Assembly (NCBI GenBank): GCA_043818275.1
Contig: JBDRFY010000075.1
Location: 1 to 38,462, forward strand
DNA length: 38,462 nucleotides
Source of the DNA: a bacterium
Lineage (GTDB): Bacteria; Babelota; Babeliae; Babelales; JAUWHS01
Reading direction: 5' to 3'
How positions within the stretch are numbered: position 1 is the first letter of the stretch; each line of letters opens with the position of its first letter. The notes under the pieces were generated by a model. That model saw nothing but the letters and a program-made list of their open reading frames with translations. It was not told the DNA's origin and did not search any database. The translations under genes and the position numbers were made by a program. Positions 19,197 to 27,314 of this stretch are shown here, in pieces.

Positions 19197-19736
19197 CTAA
19201 AACATTTTAATCCAACAATCAATCAGCCTAATTTGATCCTCAATATCAATATCATTTTTTGCAATATGATCAAGATATTTCAACACTTTATCACAAAATT
19301 CTTTGCTAAACTTTTTATGTAAAGCATGAGTATCAAAATCATTTTTAATTTTTCCAATAATTTCCTGAACAGAATTATTTACATAAAGCCGGTCATCATC
19401 GTCAAGTTTTTTTATATTTTTAAACATAATTAAATCTGTTTTTAACTTGGGAAATAAATTTCTAATTTCCTTAATTTTTTTGTAATAAGAATGTTTAATA
19501 ATTCTGTGAATAACCCAAAAACAGAAAAAAATAAACGCTATTAAAATAGCAAGAATTATAACATTAGTTACCAAATGAATATTTTCTGCAATATTAGACA
19601 ATGATGATTCCATCCCAGCTTTTTTGGCTGCACCACCTCCCAGGCCAGCCAAAAATCCTCCACCAGCTCCTAAAGCAATCATAATAACTCCTCTGAATAA
19701 ATTTTTATGAAAAACTCCTTTATTTTGAAACATCAT
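19197..19736 (-). CDS. Hypothetical membrane protein
   Basis: 179-aa ORF with a Gly-rich hydrophobic segment and one strong TM helix; ends 2 nt before the murD start. Confidence 0.65.
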   Translation of the reverse strand: MMFQNKGVFHKNLFRGVIMIALGAGGGFLAGLGGGAAKKAGMESSLSNIAENIHLVTNVIILAILIAFIFFCFWVIHRIIKHSYYKKIKEIRNLFPKLKTDLIMFKNIKKLDDDDRLYVNNSVQEIIGKIKNDFDTHALHKKFSKEFCDKVLKYLDHIAKNDIDIEDQIRLIDCWIKMF

Positions 19737-19872
19737 AATAAATTATACTACGAATTTAAAACAACCTTGCTGATTTACCAAAAAATGCTTAGTTTTTTAT
19801 CAATTAAAGCCTATTTATCTCAAATTAATAATATTTAAAGTTTCTTCACCATCTTAACTCATATTTAAACTT

Positions 19873-19910
19873 CAAATTATTGACAAGCGACAAATGACAA
19901 ATGATAAAGT
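19873..19910 (+). promoter_or_regulatory. Shared promoter motif, copy 1
   Basis: CAAATTA-TTGACA-19 nt-TAAAGT with TG extended -10; near-identical at 20445 and related at 22450. Confidence 0.6.
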
Positions 19911-19947
19911 TACATTGTTTAATAAAAATAATTTAAAAGGAGTTTTT

Positions 19948-20316
19948 ATGAAAAAAAATTTTTTAATCATCATATTTTCTTGTACTATGTTAACCGGCTT
20001 ATTTTCAATGTCTCAACCAGATATCTCTCGTGAAACCTTGGGTTGGGACATAGAAGGAACTGTAAAAGGTTTGGTTGAAAAATTCATTGTACCATACATA
20101 AACGAAATAAAAGGAACAATCTCTAAATTTACAGCCACCGTGGACACACAAATAAAAAATAAATTCGAGGAACATAAAGAAAAAATAGACAAAATTTTAG
20201 AAAATAAAACAAAAGAATACACAGAAAAAATTGATAAAATTTTTACAAAAAAAACAAACGATTTCCTAAATCAAATTGAACAAAAAGTAAACGAAATGCT
20301 ACAAAAGCTTGAATAA
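19948..20316 (+). CDS. Small secreted amphipathic-helical protein (paralog 1)
   Basis: AAGGAG SD before ATG 19948; signal peptide; similar to 20519..20854 (P.IN.IK...NKF....ID..L..KT..Y...ID.IFTKK..D..NQ.EQK.....KLE). Confidence 0.8.
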   Translation: MKKNFLIIIFSCTMLTGLFSMSQPDISRETLGWDIEGTVKGLVEKFIVPYINEIKGTISKFTATVDTQIKNKFEEHKEKIDKILENKTKEYTEKIDKIFTKKTNDFLNQIEQKVNEMLQKLE

Positions 20317-20332
20317 AAACACACAAAAAATT

Positions 20333-20358
20333 ACAGATCCTTATATAAAAGGATCTGT
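20333..20358 (+). terminator. Hairpin / putative terminator
   Basis: ACAGATCCTT...AAGGATCTGT inverted repeat just after the stop codon. Confidence 0.55.
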
Positions 20359-20444
20359 TGATTATCAAAATACAGACTAAAATATTTTTTCAGCAAATAA
20401 CATTTCTATAAATAAGCATTAAATTATTCATTAACATTAAACTT

Positions 20445-20482
20445 CAAATTATTGACAAGTGATCAACAACAAATGATAAAGT
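20445..20482 (+). promoter_or_regulatory. Shared promoter motif, copy 2
   Basis: CAAATTA-TTGACA-19 nt-TAAAGT; the upstream region is duplicated with 19866-19950. Confidence 0.6.
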
Positions 20483-20518
20483 TATTTTTGTTTAAAAAAT
20501 TATTTAAAAGGAGAATTC

Positions 20519-20854
20519 ATGAAAAAATTATTATTATTTTTTTTATTTTCGTTAACCATCTCAACCGGATTATTTTGTTACCCATTTGAAGATGAAATAA
20601 AAAGCACAATTATCTCAATCGTTGACCCAAGAATAAACGATATTAAAATTGTATTTAATAAAGAGTTAAATAGCATAAAAACTCAATTAGATAATAAATT
20701 TAAAATCTATATTGATCAAATAGACGCAATGCTGCAAGAAAAAACAACTAAATACATAAACCAGTTAGATACAATTTTCACAAAAAAATCAAAAGATCTT
20801 ATCAATCAATTAGAACAAAAAATAGATGCGGCATTGAAAAAGCTTGAAGAATAA
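20519..20854 (+). CDS. Small secreted amphipathic-helical protein (paralog 2)
   Basis: AAGGAG SD; signal peptide ending TGLFC; tandem duplicate of 19948..20316. Confidence 0.8.
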   Translation: MKKLLLFFLFSLTISTGLFCYPFEDEIKSTIISIVDPRINDIKIVFNKELNSIKTQLDNKFKIYIDQIDAMLQEKTTKYINQLDTIFTKKSKDLINQLEQKIDAALKKLEE

Positions 20855-20897
20855 GCGCTAAACAAACTGGAAGCATAAACAACAAAAAATAAGATTT

Positions 20898-21593
20898 TTA
20901 TTGTTTTTCTAAAATGTAATTTTTTACACCCTGACTAATGCCGTAAGCTAAAATATTTCTATATTTATAGTCAGCCAAGTGCTTGGCTTCTTTAGGATTC
21001 GTCAGAAAGCCAACCTCTACCAATGCTGTAAGCGCGTCATTAAATAAATGAATTCTAAACCAGTCTTTTTTCAATCCTCTGTCGTAAACCTGAAATCCTC
21101 TTTCATTTACAAAATTCAAAATGCCGTTATGAATACAGGAAGCCAAATTTTTTGAAGCCAAATCTTTTTCGTAAAAATATTTATTTATAAGTTGTATGCT
21201 ATCTTGATTACTTTTGTTTTGTAAAAAAGATAAAAAACCATTTCGGGCTCCAGGTTTTTCAATATTTTTATCTCCCCAATAATAGGTTTCAAGTCCATTT
21301 GCATTTTGTGAAATTCCCGCGGAATTAACATGAATAGATACAAATAAATCCGCTTTTAAATGATTCGCAAAATCAGAACGTTCCAATAAAGATACATCTT
21401 TATCATCATTTCGCGTTAAATAAACATTTAAGCCATCTTTTTTTAAAAAAGCTTTTGCCCTGCGGGCAATATCCAGAGTAATATCCTTTTCTTTTAACGA
21501 ATAAACACCATTAGCCCCAGAATCTTTACCTCCATGTCCAGCATCAATAACAATTCGTATTTTTTTTTTTAAACATTTCAGGGCTATTAAGAA
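20898..21593 (-). CDS. N-acetylmuramoyl-L-alanine amidase (Amidase_3) catalytic domain; no canonical start, probably joined to the upstream ORF by a frameshift
   Basis: The frame of 20898..21386 stays open up to a TAG at 21596-21594 and reads IRIVIDAGHGGKDSGA..KEKDITL..LTRNDD..ADLFVSIHVNS..LVEVGFLTNP; all Zn/catalytic residues are present. Confidence 0.9.
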   Translation of the reverse strand, partial: FLIALKCLKKKIRIVIDAGHGGKDSGANGVYSLKEKDITLDIARRAKAFLKKDGLNVYLTRNDDKDVSLLERSDFANHLKADLFVSIHVNSAGISQNANGLETYYWGDKNIEKPGARNGFLSFLQNKSNQDSIQLINKYFYEKDLASKNLASCIHNGILNFVNERGFQVYDRGLKKDWFRIHLFNDALTALVEVGFLTNPKEAKHLADYKYRNILAYGISQGVKNYILEKQ

Positions 21594-22170
21594 CTAAAGA
21601 CTTTTTTTTTTGACTCAAACCTGGTAACAGATAATCATTTTTGGCTTGCAGAATTAAAGCTTTATCCCGTTTTAAATAATCAAGCTTATCCTTTGTAAAA
21701 ATATCCAGAATTAAACGATTAGGATCTTCAGTTTTACTCCATTTGATAACAAAATTGTTTTTATCCGCAGCAGAATTCTCAGGAAGTGATTTAAATTTTA
21801 TCACCAGAACAACTCTGTCTATCGGTTTGGTTCTTTTTTCCAGATACACATTTTTAACAATATCTATATTTTGTATTTTCGAAATAACATTATCCTTTTT
21901 AAAATCTTCTAAGTTCATTGTCGGAAAAGAGAGTTCCAATTTCATCTCTTTTTTATCCATACTCTTTTCAAAGTAAAAAGGCTTAGAAAAATCAAACATT
22001 ATTTGCGTTGAAAATCTTCCACTGGATACATCAACCCAATTTAACTTATTTTGTCCAGAAATATTGCCAATTCTTGTTAAATCCGGTGGTATCTCGGTAC
22101 TCCGACAATTATAAACCCAAAACCCAAGAAGAGTTGCAAATAGTATTATTAGAACAAATTCTTTCTTCAT
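21544..22170 (-). CDS. N-terminal (signal/TM + AMIN-like) part of the amidase
   Basis: GGAG SD; hydrophobic N-terminus; beta-rich AMIN-like segments (RVVLVIKF, DPNRLILDIF); its 3' end overlaps the amidase frame across an A11 tract. Confidence 0.75.
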   Translation of the reverse strand: MKKEFVLIILFATLLGFWVYNCRSTEIPPDLTRIGNISGQNKLNWVDVSSGRFSTQIMFDFSKPFYFEKSMDKKEMKLELSFPTMNLEDFKKDNVISKIQNIDIVKNVYLEKRTKPIDRVVLVIKFKSLPENSAADKNNFVIKWSKTEDPNRLILDIFTKDKLDYLKRDKALILQAKNDYLLPGLSQKKKSLVLNSPEMFKKKNTNCY

Positions 22171-22449
22171 TGCTCCCCCTCCCCAAAAAACCCCTAAACT
22201 TTTATTACTTTAAAAGCGCTTTTCTCACTTTCTATATCATCTTAAACCTATCAACCCTCTTTTCTATTAGTCAATCAAATCAAAATTTACCTTAAAAAAC
22301 CGCTGTCTTATTACAAAGCATAACTTTAAGCTTTTTATTTAAACCCTAAAAAACACCCTTTTAAAGAAAAAGAATTAGTCATTACCCTAAAAAAAGCTTT
22401 TTTTTAACATTTTAAAGCAAGCAATTGATTATCGACCTGATTCAAATGG

Positions 22450-22487
22450 CAAATTATTGACAGATAGCCATCCTTAAGTGTTAAGAT
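22450..22487 (+). promoter_or_regulatory. Shared promoter motif, copy 3
   Basis: CAAATTA-TTGACA-19 nt-TAAGAT with TG extended -10. Confidence 0.55.
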
Positions 22488-22527
22488 TAAATTGTATGCA
22501 AAAAACAATTATTTAGGGGGGAAGATT

Positions 22528-22957
22528 ATGAAAAAATATTTTTTTAATGTTTTGATCACATTAACAATGTTATCAAACCTAACTGCAATGAATGTTTCGG
22601 TACAGCAAAAAAAACCTGGAAAATCAAAAAACCCAAATTACAGCGCAAAGACAAGAAAAAATAGATCAATATACAAAACAATTAAATGATGCTACCCAAC
22701 AAAAAATTAATGATTACGCAAAGCAAATGGAAGAATTCAAAAATCAAAAAATCGAAATATACAAAAAAAGAATAGATGAAGAAAAAAAGAAAAAGTTGGA
22801 TCAGTTTATAGAAAAATTAGATGTACAAATGGCAAAAATAACAAATGATATAGACAGGCAAATCATTCAGCTACAACAAACAGCTCAAACACAAACTCAA
22901 CAAAATGCAGTTCTTACTCCAACTCCAGCATCAACAATGACCATGCAACCTAAATAA
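22528..22957 (+). pseudogene. Secreted helical protein (likely paralog 3), split by a +1 frameshift at an A8 tract
   Basis: G-rich SD and signal peptide from ATG 22528; helical body in the +1 frame (22592..22957); removing one A at 22607-22614 gives a 142-aa protein. Confidence 0.6.
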
Positions 22958-22970
22958 ATCTGAATAATCT

Positions 22971-23006
22971 AAAAAAGGTCACTGTAATTTTACAGTGACC
23001 TTTTTT
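22971..23006 (+). terminator. Intrinsic terminator
   Basis: AAAAAAGGTCACTGTAA-TT-TTACAGTGACCTTTTTT. Confidence 0.8.
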
Positions 23007-23112
23007 ACCAATTCAATCTTTTATGTTTTTCTTTTGACAACCAATTTATAAAAATAATATCATAGCGTTATGTCAAAATAAGATCTGATATATTCTAAAA
23101 AAGGAGAAAAAC

Positions 23113-24336
23113 ATGAGAGTAAAATTTCTTTTCATTGTTTATATTATTTCTATTTTATTTATCAATTCAGTTAAAGCAGCTGATCCTTCCTTAATATTCC
23201 ATAACGAAGAATCTCAAATAACAATGAATCCTGGGGCTCAAGTCAGAATTGGCGATAATGAACTTGTTCAGGGCTGGAGAGATCTTTCTATAGTTCAACA
23301 AACCGGTGGTACCGGTTCCTCTTTTGGTTATCCAAGTGGAGTAACAGATTTTAATAGCGTATATATTCCTAAAATAGAACAAATGAATATCCGATACGAT
23401 CAGGAATATTATTCCGGCGATGAATCCGAATCACATATGACCTGGTTAAAAGACGGTTTCAAATTAGCGCCAGACGCGCATCTTTACATTCAGATACCAT
23501 TTCCTCTTGCATGCCCCTTTGATCTTAGCGGCGGATTATTAGAGCTTGGAATTGATTGGCACCTTTCAACAAGTACGACAATTTGTCCTCAAGGCGGCGG
23601 AGGAAGAATTCAGGGAAATGGTTATGCTTTAATTCTTGATGGAAACTTGGTAATTCCGCCAGGTGAATATTTGGAATTTACAAATAACACAATTATCGAT
23701 GGCCTCGGTCATGAATTAATTTTATCCGGAAGCGGACAATTAATTGTTGATATGAATACAACTTTATCATTCAGAAACGTCGTTATCAAAAGTTTGCGCA
23801 ACATTCCAATGCAACCAAGTTTAGTAATGAATGATACAAGTAGTGCTGTTTCATTTCAAAATACAAAAATTTTATTAGGTAGTGATTATACGTTTACTCA
23901 AGGTTATTTTTATATTCACGATGACGTAATTTTATCCGGAACTTCACAATTTATTTTTGAATCAAATCAGAATTTATGGATTAATGACCACTCAACTTTG
24001 ATTTTAGATCTTGGATGCACTTTTTCTTACGCACCACAAAATGGTTCACGTAATTTAATTTCAATGAAAGATCAGACATCATTTTTATATTTAAATGGCG
24101 CAACGTTTACTGCTCCTGGTAATGGTGTTAACAATGGAATTGAGTTAACAAAGGGCTCATTAATTTTGGATAATAAAATTAATTTGCAAAACATGAATGG
24201 AACAATTCCTAACACTGTTCAAAGTAAAGCAATTTCATTTGGTAACGGTACCGCATCTGATGATTTATCTATCAATTTACTTGCAAGCGCTCAAGTTAAT
24301 ATCAATGGATATGTTGATTATCAAAACGTAAATTAA
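23113..24336 (+). CDS. Secreted beta-strand-rich (beta-helix-like) surface protein
   Basis: AAGGAG SD; signal peptide; G/N/S/T/L-rich alternating pattern (IQGNGYALILDG, IIDGLGHELILSG, LYLNGATF); TTGACA-18-TATCAT upstream. Confidence 0.7.
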   Translation: MRVKFLFIVYIISILFINSVKAADPSLIFHNEESQITMNPGAQVRIGDNELVQGWRDLSIVQQTGGTGSSFGYPSGVTDFNSVYIPKIEQMNIRYDQEYYSGDESESHMTWLKDGFKLAPDAHLYIQIPFPLACPFDLSGGLLELGIDWHLSTSTTICPQGGGGRIQGNGYALILDGNLVIPPGEYLEFTNNTIIDGLGHELILSGSGQLIVDMNTTLSFRNVVIKSLRNIPMQPSLVMNDTSSAVSFQNTKILLGSDYTFTQGYFYIHDDVILSGTSQFIFESNQNLWINDHSTLILDLGCTFSYAPQNGSRNLISMKDQTSFLYLNGATFTAPGNGVNNGIELTKGSLILDNKINLQNMNGTIPNTVQSKAISFGNGTASDDLSINLLASAQVNINGYVDYQNVN

Positions 24337-24337
24337 A

Positions 24338-24376
24338 AAGTTAAGAACCTCTGACAATGTCAGAGGTTCTTAACTT
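24338..24376. terminator. Perfect 19-bp inverted repeat, probable terminator
   Basis: AAGTTAAGAACCTCTGACA-A-TGTCAGAGGTTCTTAACTT immediately after the stop codon. Confidence 0.6.
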
Positions 24377-24410
24377 GCCATTATTTTGCATCCCGGTATA
24401 TTGCACAATT

Positions 24411-25451
24411 ATGAAAATACAAAAAAATATTTCTTTAAAAAATAAAAACTGGTTTCAAACTGGTGGAAATGCAAAATTCTATTGCGAACCAGAAAATGAA
24501 ACTCTTTTTCAAGAAGCTTTAAATTTTTCCAAAGAAAATAATTTAGAAACTTTTGTTCTTGGTTCTGGTGCAAATATTTTAATTAGTGATGCCGGCTTTG
24601 ATGGATTAGTTATAAAACCAACTTTGAATAAAATCGAAATCAATCAGGATTTAGTAATTGCTCAGGCCGGTGTAACAATTGAAGAACTAATAAATAATTG
24701 TCTGGATAATAATTTGGTTGGACTTGAAGAATTTAGTGGAATTCCAGGAACTGTTGGTGGATCTGTTTTTATAAATATTCATTATTTTAATTATTTTTTA
24801 AGCGATTTTTTGGTTAGCGCAAAAGTTATAGAAAAAGAAACCGGACAAATTAAAACAGTTAATAAAAATTGGTTTGAATTTGGTTACGACAAATCAAAAC
24901 TTTTTGAAAAAAAACTTTTTTTAATTGACGCAATATTTCAATTAAAAAAAGTTGATAACATACAAACAGCACATGCAAAGGGTAAAAGTGATGAAAGAAT
25001 TTTGCAACGAAATAACCGGTATCCAAATTCAAATACATGCGGAAGTTTTTTTAGAAATTTTCACGCAGATGAAATAGTTAAAACAAACAATAAGCTTCCA
25101 TTCATCGCATATTATTTAGATAAACTTGGAATAAAGGGAGAACTTTTTGTTGGTAAAGCCAAAGTTTCGCACCAACATGCAAACATGATTGTAACAGAAG
25201 AAGGGGCTACAAGTTCAGACGTAATTAAACTTGCTCAAAAAATGCAACAACTAGTGTTTGATAATTTTGGAATTCTTCCACAGCCAGAATGTCAATTCAT
25301 TGGATTTGATGAATATCAATCGTTAACTAAATTCTCGATAAACAATAAACTTAGAATTTTACCCCCACCCGCTCGTCCTGCCTGCCCGTCGAAGCCTTGG
25401 CGAAGACTGGAACGAAGTCGAAGGATCACGAGCGGCAAACTAATGAAATAA
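24411..25451 (+). CDS. murB: UDP-N-acetylenolpyruvoylglucosamine reductase MurB, with a repeat-derived C-terminal extension
   Basis: TGGNA; LGSGANILISD.GFDG; GLEEFSGIPGTVGG; FGYDKS; CGSFFRN; VSHQHAN; PEC; ATG 24411 preferred because the upstream ATG lies in the hairpin. Confidence 0.93.
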   Translation: MKIQKNISLKNKNWFQTGGNAKFYCEPENETLFQEALNFSKENNLETFVLGSGANILISDAGFDGLVIKPTLNKIEINQDLVIAQAGVTIEELINNCLDNNLVGLEEFSGIPGTVGGSVFINIHYFNYFLSDFLVSAKVIEKETGQIKTVNKNWFEFGYDKSKLFEKKLFLIDAIFQLKKVDNIQTAHAKGKSDERILQRNNRYPNSNTCGSFFRNFHADEIVKTNNKLPFIAYYLDKLGIKGELFVGKAKVSHQHANMIVTEEGATSSDVIKLAQKMQQLVFDNFGILPQPECQFIGFDEYQSLTKFSINNKLRILPPPARPACPSKPWRRLERSRRITSGKLMK

Positions 25452-25903
25452 ATTTATTGTTTATTTAAAGAAATATTCTACGAAAAATTACAATTCAATA
25501 AATAGTATTCATAATTTTACCGCTCGTAATCCTTCCTTCGATGCCACTTCGATAAACTCAGTGTTACTCAGGATGATCGGGACTAAATTTTATTCCGCTC
25601 ATACTGAGCGAGTACTGAGCATAATCGAATGTACGAGTCGAAGTAAGGACGAGCGGGTGGGTTCAAAATTCTAAGTTTTTAGAATGTAAATTTATTCGCT
25701 CATCCTGAGTGGAGTATCGCGAAATCGAAGGAAGGGTTTCGAACGGTTATAAAAAAAAATCAATTGTTGAATTGTAATTTTATAGTCACATGCAAATTTA
25801 CAAAGTCAATAATTTTTATTGCCTTAATTTACCACTCATGACCCTTCGACAAGCTCCAGTCTTCGCCAAGGCTTCGACGGGCAGGCAGGGCGAGCGATTG
25901 GAG
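25349..25903. repeat. Gene-less, nested cluster of family C palindromes with family B inserts (REPIN/MITE-like)
   Basis: Left arm 25349-25435 matches 30722-30778; right arm 25519-25676 matches 31091-31148; extra copies at 25697-25736 and 25831-25903; identical 30-nt inserts at 25381-25410 and 25856-25885 in opposite orientation. Confidence 0.88.
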
Positions 25904-25970
25904 GTGATTTAGCTTAACAAACAATTATCGAATTCGCGTTAAATAATTATTTTATAACTTCGGACAACCT

Positions 25971-27101
25971 TTAAATTTCATCCTTCAAAATCTTCTCGCG
26001 ATATTCTTTCATCAAATTCACCATAAAGGCAACGTTGTGAATGCTTGCTAATTGCAAACCGGTAATTTCATGCGCTTTAAATAAATGATGCAAATAAGCG
26101 AGTGTAAAATTTTTGCATGTATAACAATTGCAATTTTTTTCAATCGGTTCAAATTTATTTTTGTTCCCACTTTGTAAAATTCGTAATCCACCATTTTTTG
26201 TAAAAAGTAAACCATGTCTTGCGCAACGTGTCGGATGAGAACTGTCAAAGGTATCAATTCCAGATGTTACACAATGTTGAACTGAATGAAGATCTCCAAT
26301 TCCCAATAAATGATTAGGTTTATCTTCGGGTAAAAGTTTTGGCACAAAATCCAAAAGTTCAAATAGTTCTTCTCTGTTTTTTCCGACACTTCCACCAATT
26401 GCAAAACCATCAAAAGGTAAACTTGAAAGATATTCACAACTTTTTTTTCTTAATTCTTTATCAATTCCACCGTGGACCACTGCATACAAAGCCTGATCTT
26501 TTTTATTTTTCATGTGAGCGTCCAAAGATCTTTTTTCCCAACGATGAGTTCTGTCCAATGATTTTTTTAAATTTTCCGGATCAATGTGATATGGAGGCAA
26601 CTCATCAAAAGCAACAATAATATCCGCGCCAATTTTTTTCTGCGCCTCAATAGAACTTTCTGGTGTAAGCAAAATTTTTGATCCATCTTTATATGATCTG
26701 AAACAAACACCCTCTTCAGTAATTTTTACAACAGAATTGTTTCCTTTTTTTGTTCCCCTGCTTTTCAGTTCATCACAAACTCCACCATAAGCAAGACTAA
26801 AAACCTGAAAGCCTCCAGAATCTGTAATAATTGGTTTTTCTCTACCGATAAATTTATGAATACCCTCAGCCTTTTCAATTAAATCTGCACCTGGCTGAAC
26901 TAATAAATGATAGGTGTTCGCAAACATTAATTGCAAACCTAAATCTTGAACCAATTTATTATCTAACGCTTTTAATGTCCCATTTGTTCCAACCGCAACA
27001 AAATTTGGCGTTTCAATTATTCCATGTGGTGTATGAATTCTTCCTACCCGCGCTCGTGATTTTTTAGATTTATGTAAAACTTCAAATTTAAATTTGTTCA
27101 T
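25971..27101 (-). CDS. tgt: tRNA-guanine transglycosylase (Chlamydia-like, probably queuine-inserting)
   Basis: ARVG.IHTPHG.IETP.F..VGT; NTYHL; TDSGGFQVFSL; HLLGIG; DTFDS; CNCYTC...H Zn site. Confidence 0.96.
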   Translation of the reverse strand: MNKFKFEVLHKSKKSRARVGRIHTPHGIIETPNFVAVGTNGTLKALDNKLVQDLGLQLMFANTYHLLVQPGADLIEKAEGIHKFIGREKPIITDSGGFQVFSLAYGGVCDELKSRGTKKGNNSVVKITEEGVCFRSYKDGSKILLTPESSIEAQKKIGADIIVAFDELPPYHIDPENLKKSLDRTHRWEKRSLDAHMKNKKDQALYAVVHGGIDKELRKKSCEYLSSLPFDGFAIGGSVGKNREELFELLDFVPKLLPEDKPNHLLGIGDLHSVQHCVTSGIDTFDSSHPTRCARHGLLFTKNGGLRILQSGNKNKFEPIEKNCNCYTCKNFTLAYLHHLFKAHEITGLQLASIHNVAFMVNLMKEYREKILKDEI

Positions 27102-27153
27102 AATTCAACCATTCTATTAATTTAATCTTTGCCTCGTTAGAGGCTAAAGTTAT

Positions 27154-27301
27154 TAGCCTCGGGTTTTAACCCGTGGTATTGATAAAAAAACATTCCACCC
27201 CATTTTATGGTGGTGGTAGAAATTAAAAATTTCTTTCGTACCATCAAATGGCACGATATTATGTGATTAAATTTTGAACCACGGGTTAAAACCCGAGGCT
27301 A
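27154..27301. repeat. Inverted pair of TAG-tagged REP-like palindromes (family D)
   Basis: TAGCCTCGGGTTTTAACCCGTGGT (27154-27177) and its exact reverse complement (27278-27301), with a 100-nt spacer containing small hairpins. Confidence 0.85.
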
Positions 27302-27314
27302 TTATCTACAACCC

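Noticed and set aside
21601..21611. A_AAA_AAG -1 slippery site as the amidase frameshift
   Set aside because: Both alternative frames hit stop codons (TAA, TAG) within a few codons; only the downstream A11 tract can join the two frames.
25349..25903. CRISPR array or structured ncRNA
   Set aside because: The repeats are inverted, nested and irregularly spaced, with no unique spacers of constant length and no cas genes.
27255..27284. preQ1-I riboswitch-like string upstream of tgt (minus strand CGUGGUUCAAAAUUUAAUCACAUAAUAU)
   Set aside because: It has GUGGUUC...CAC but lacks the loop cytidines and the A-rich tail, and its 5' half is explained by the family D repeat. No riboswitch was seen upstream of yhhQ either.
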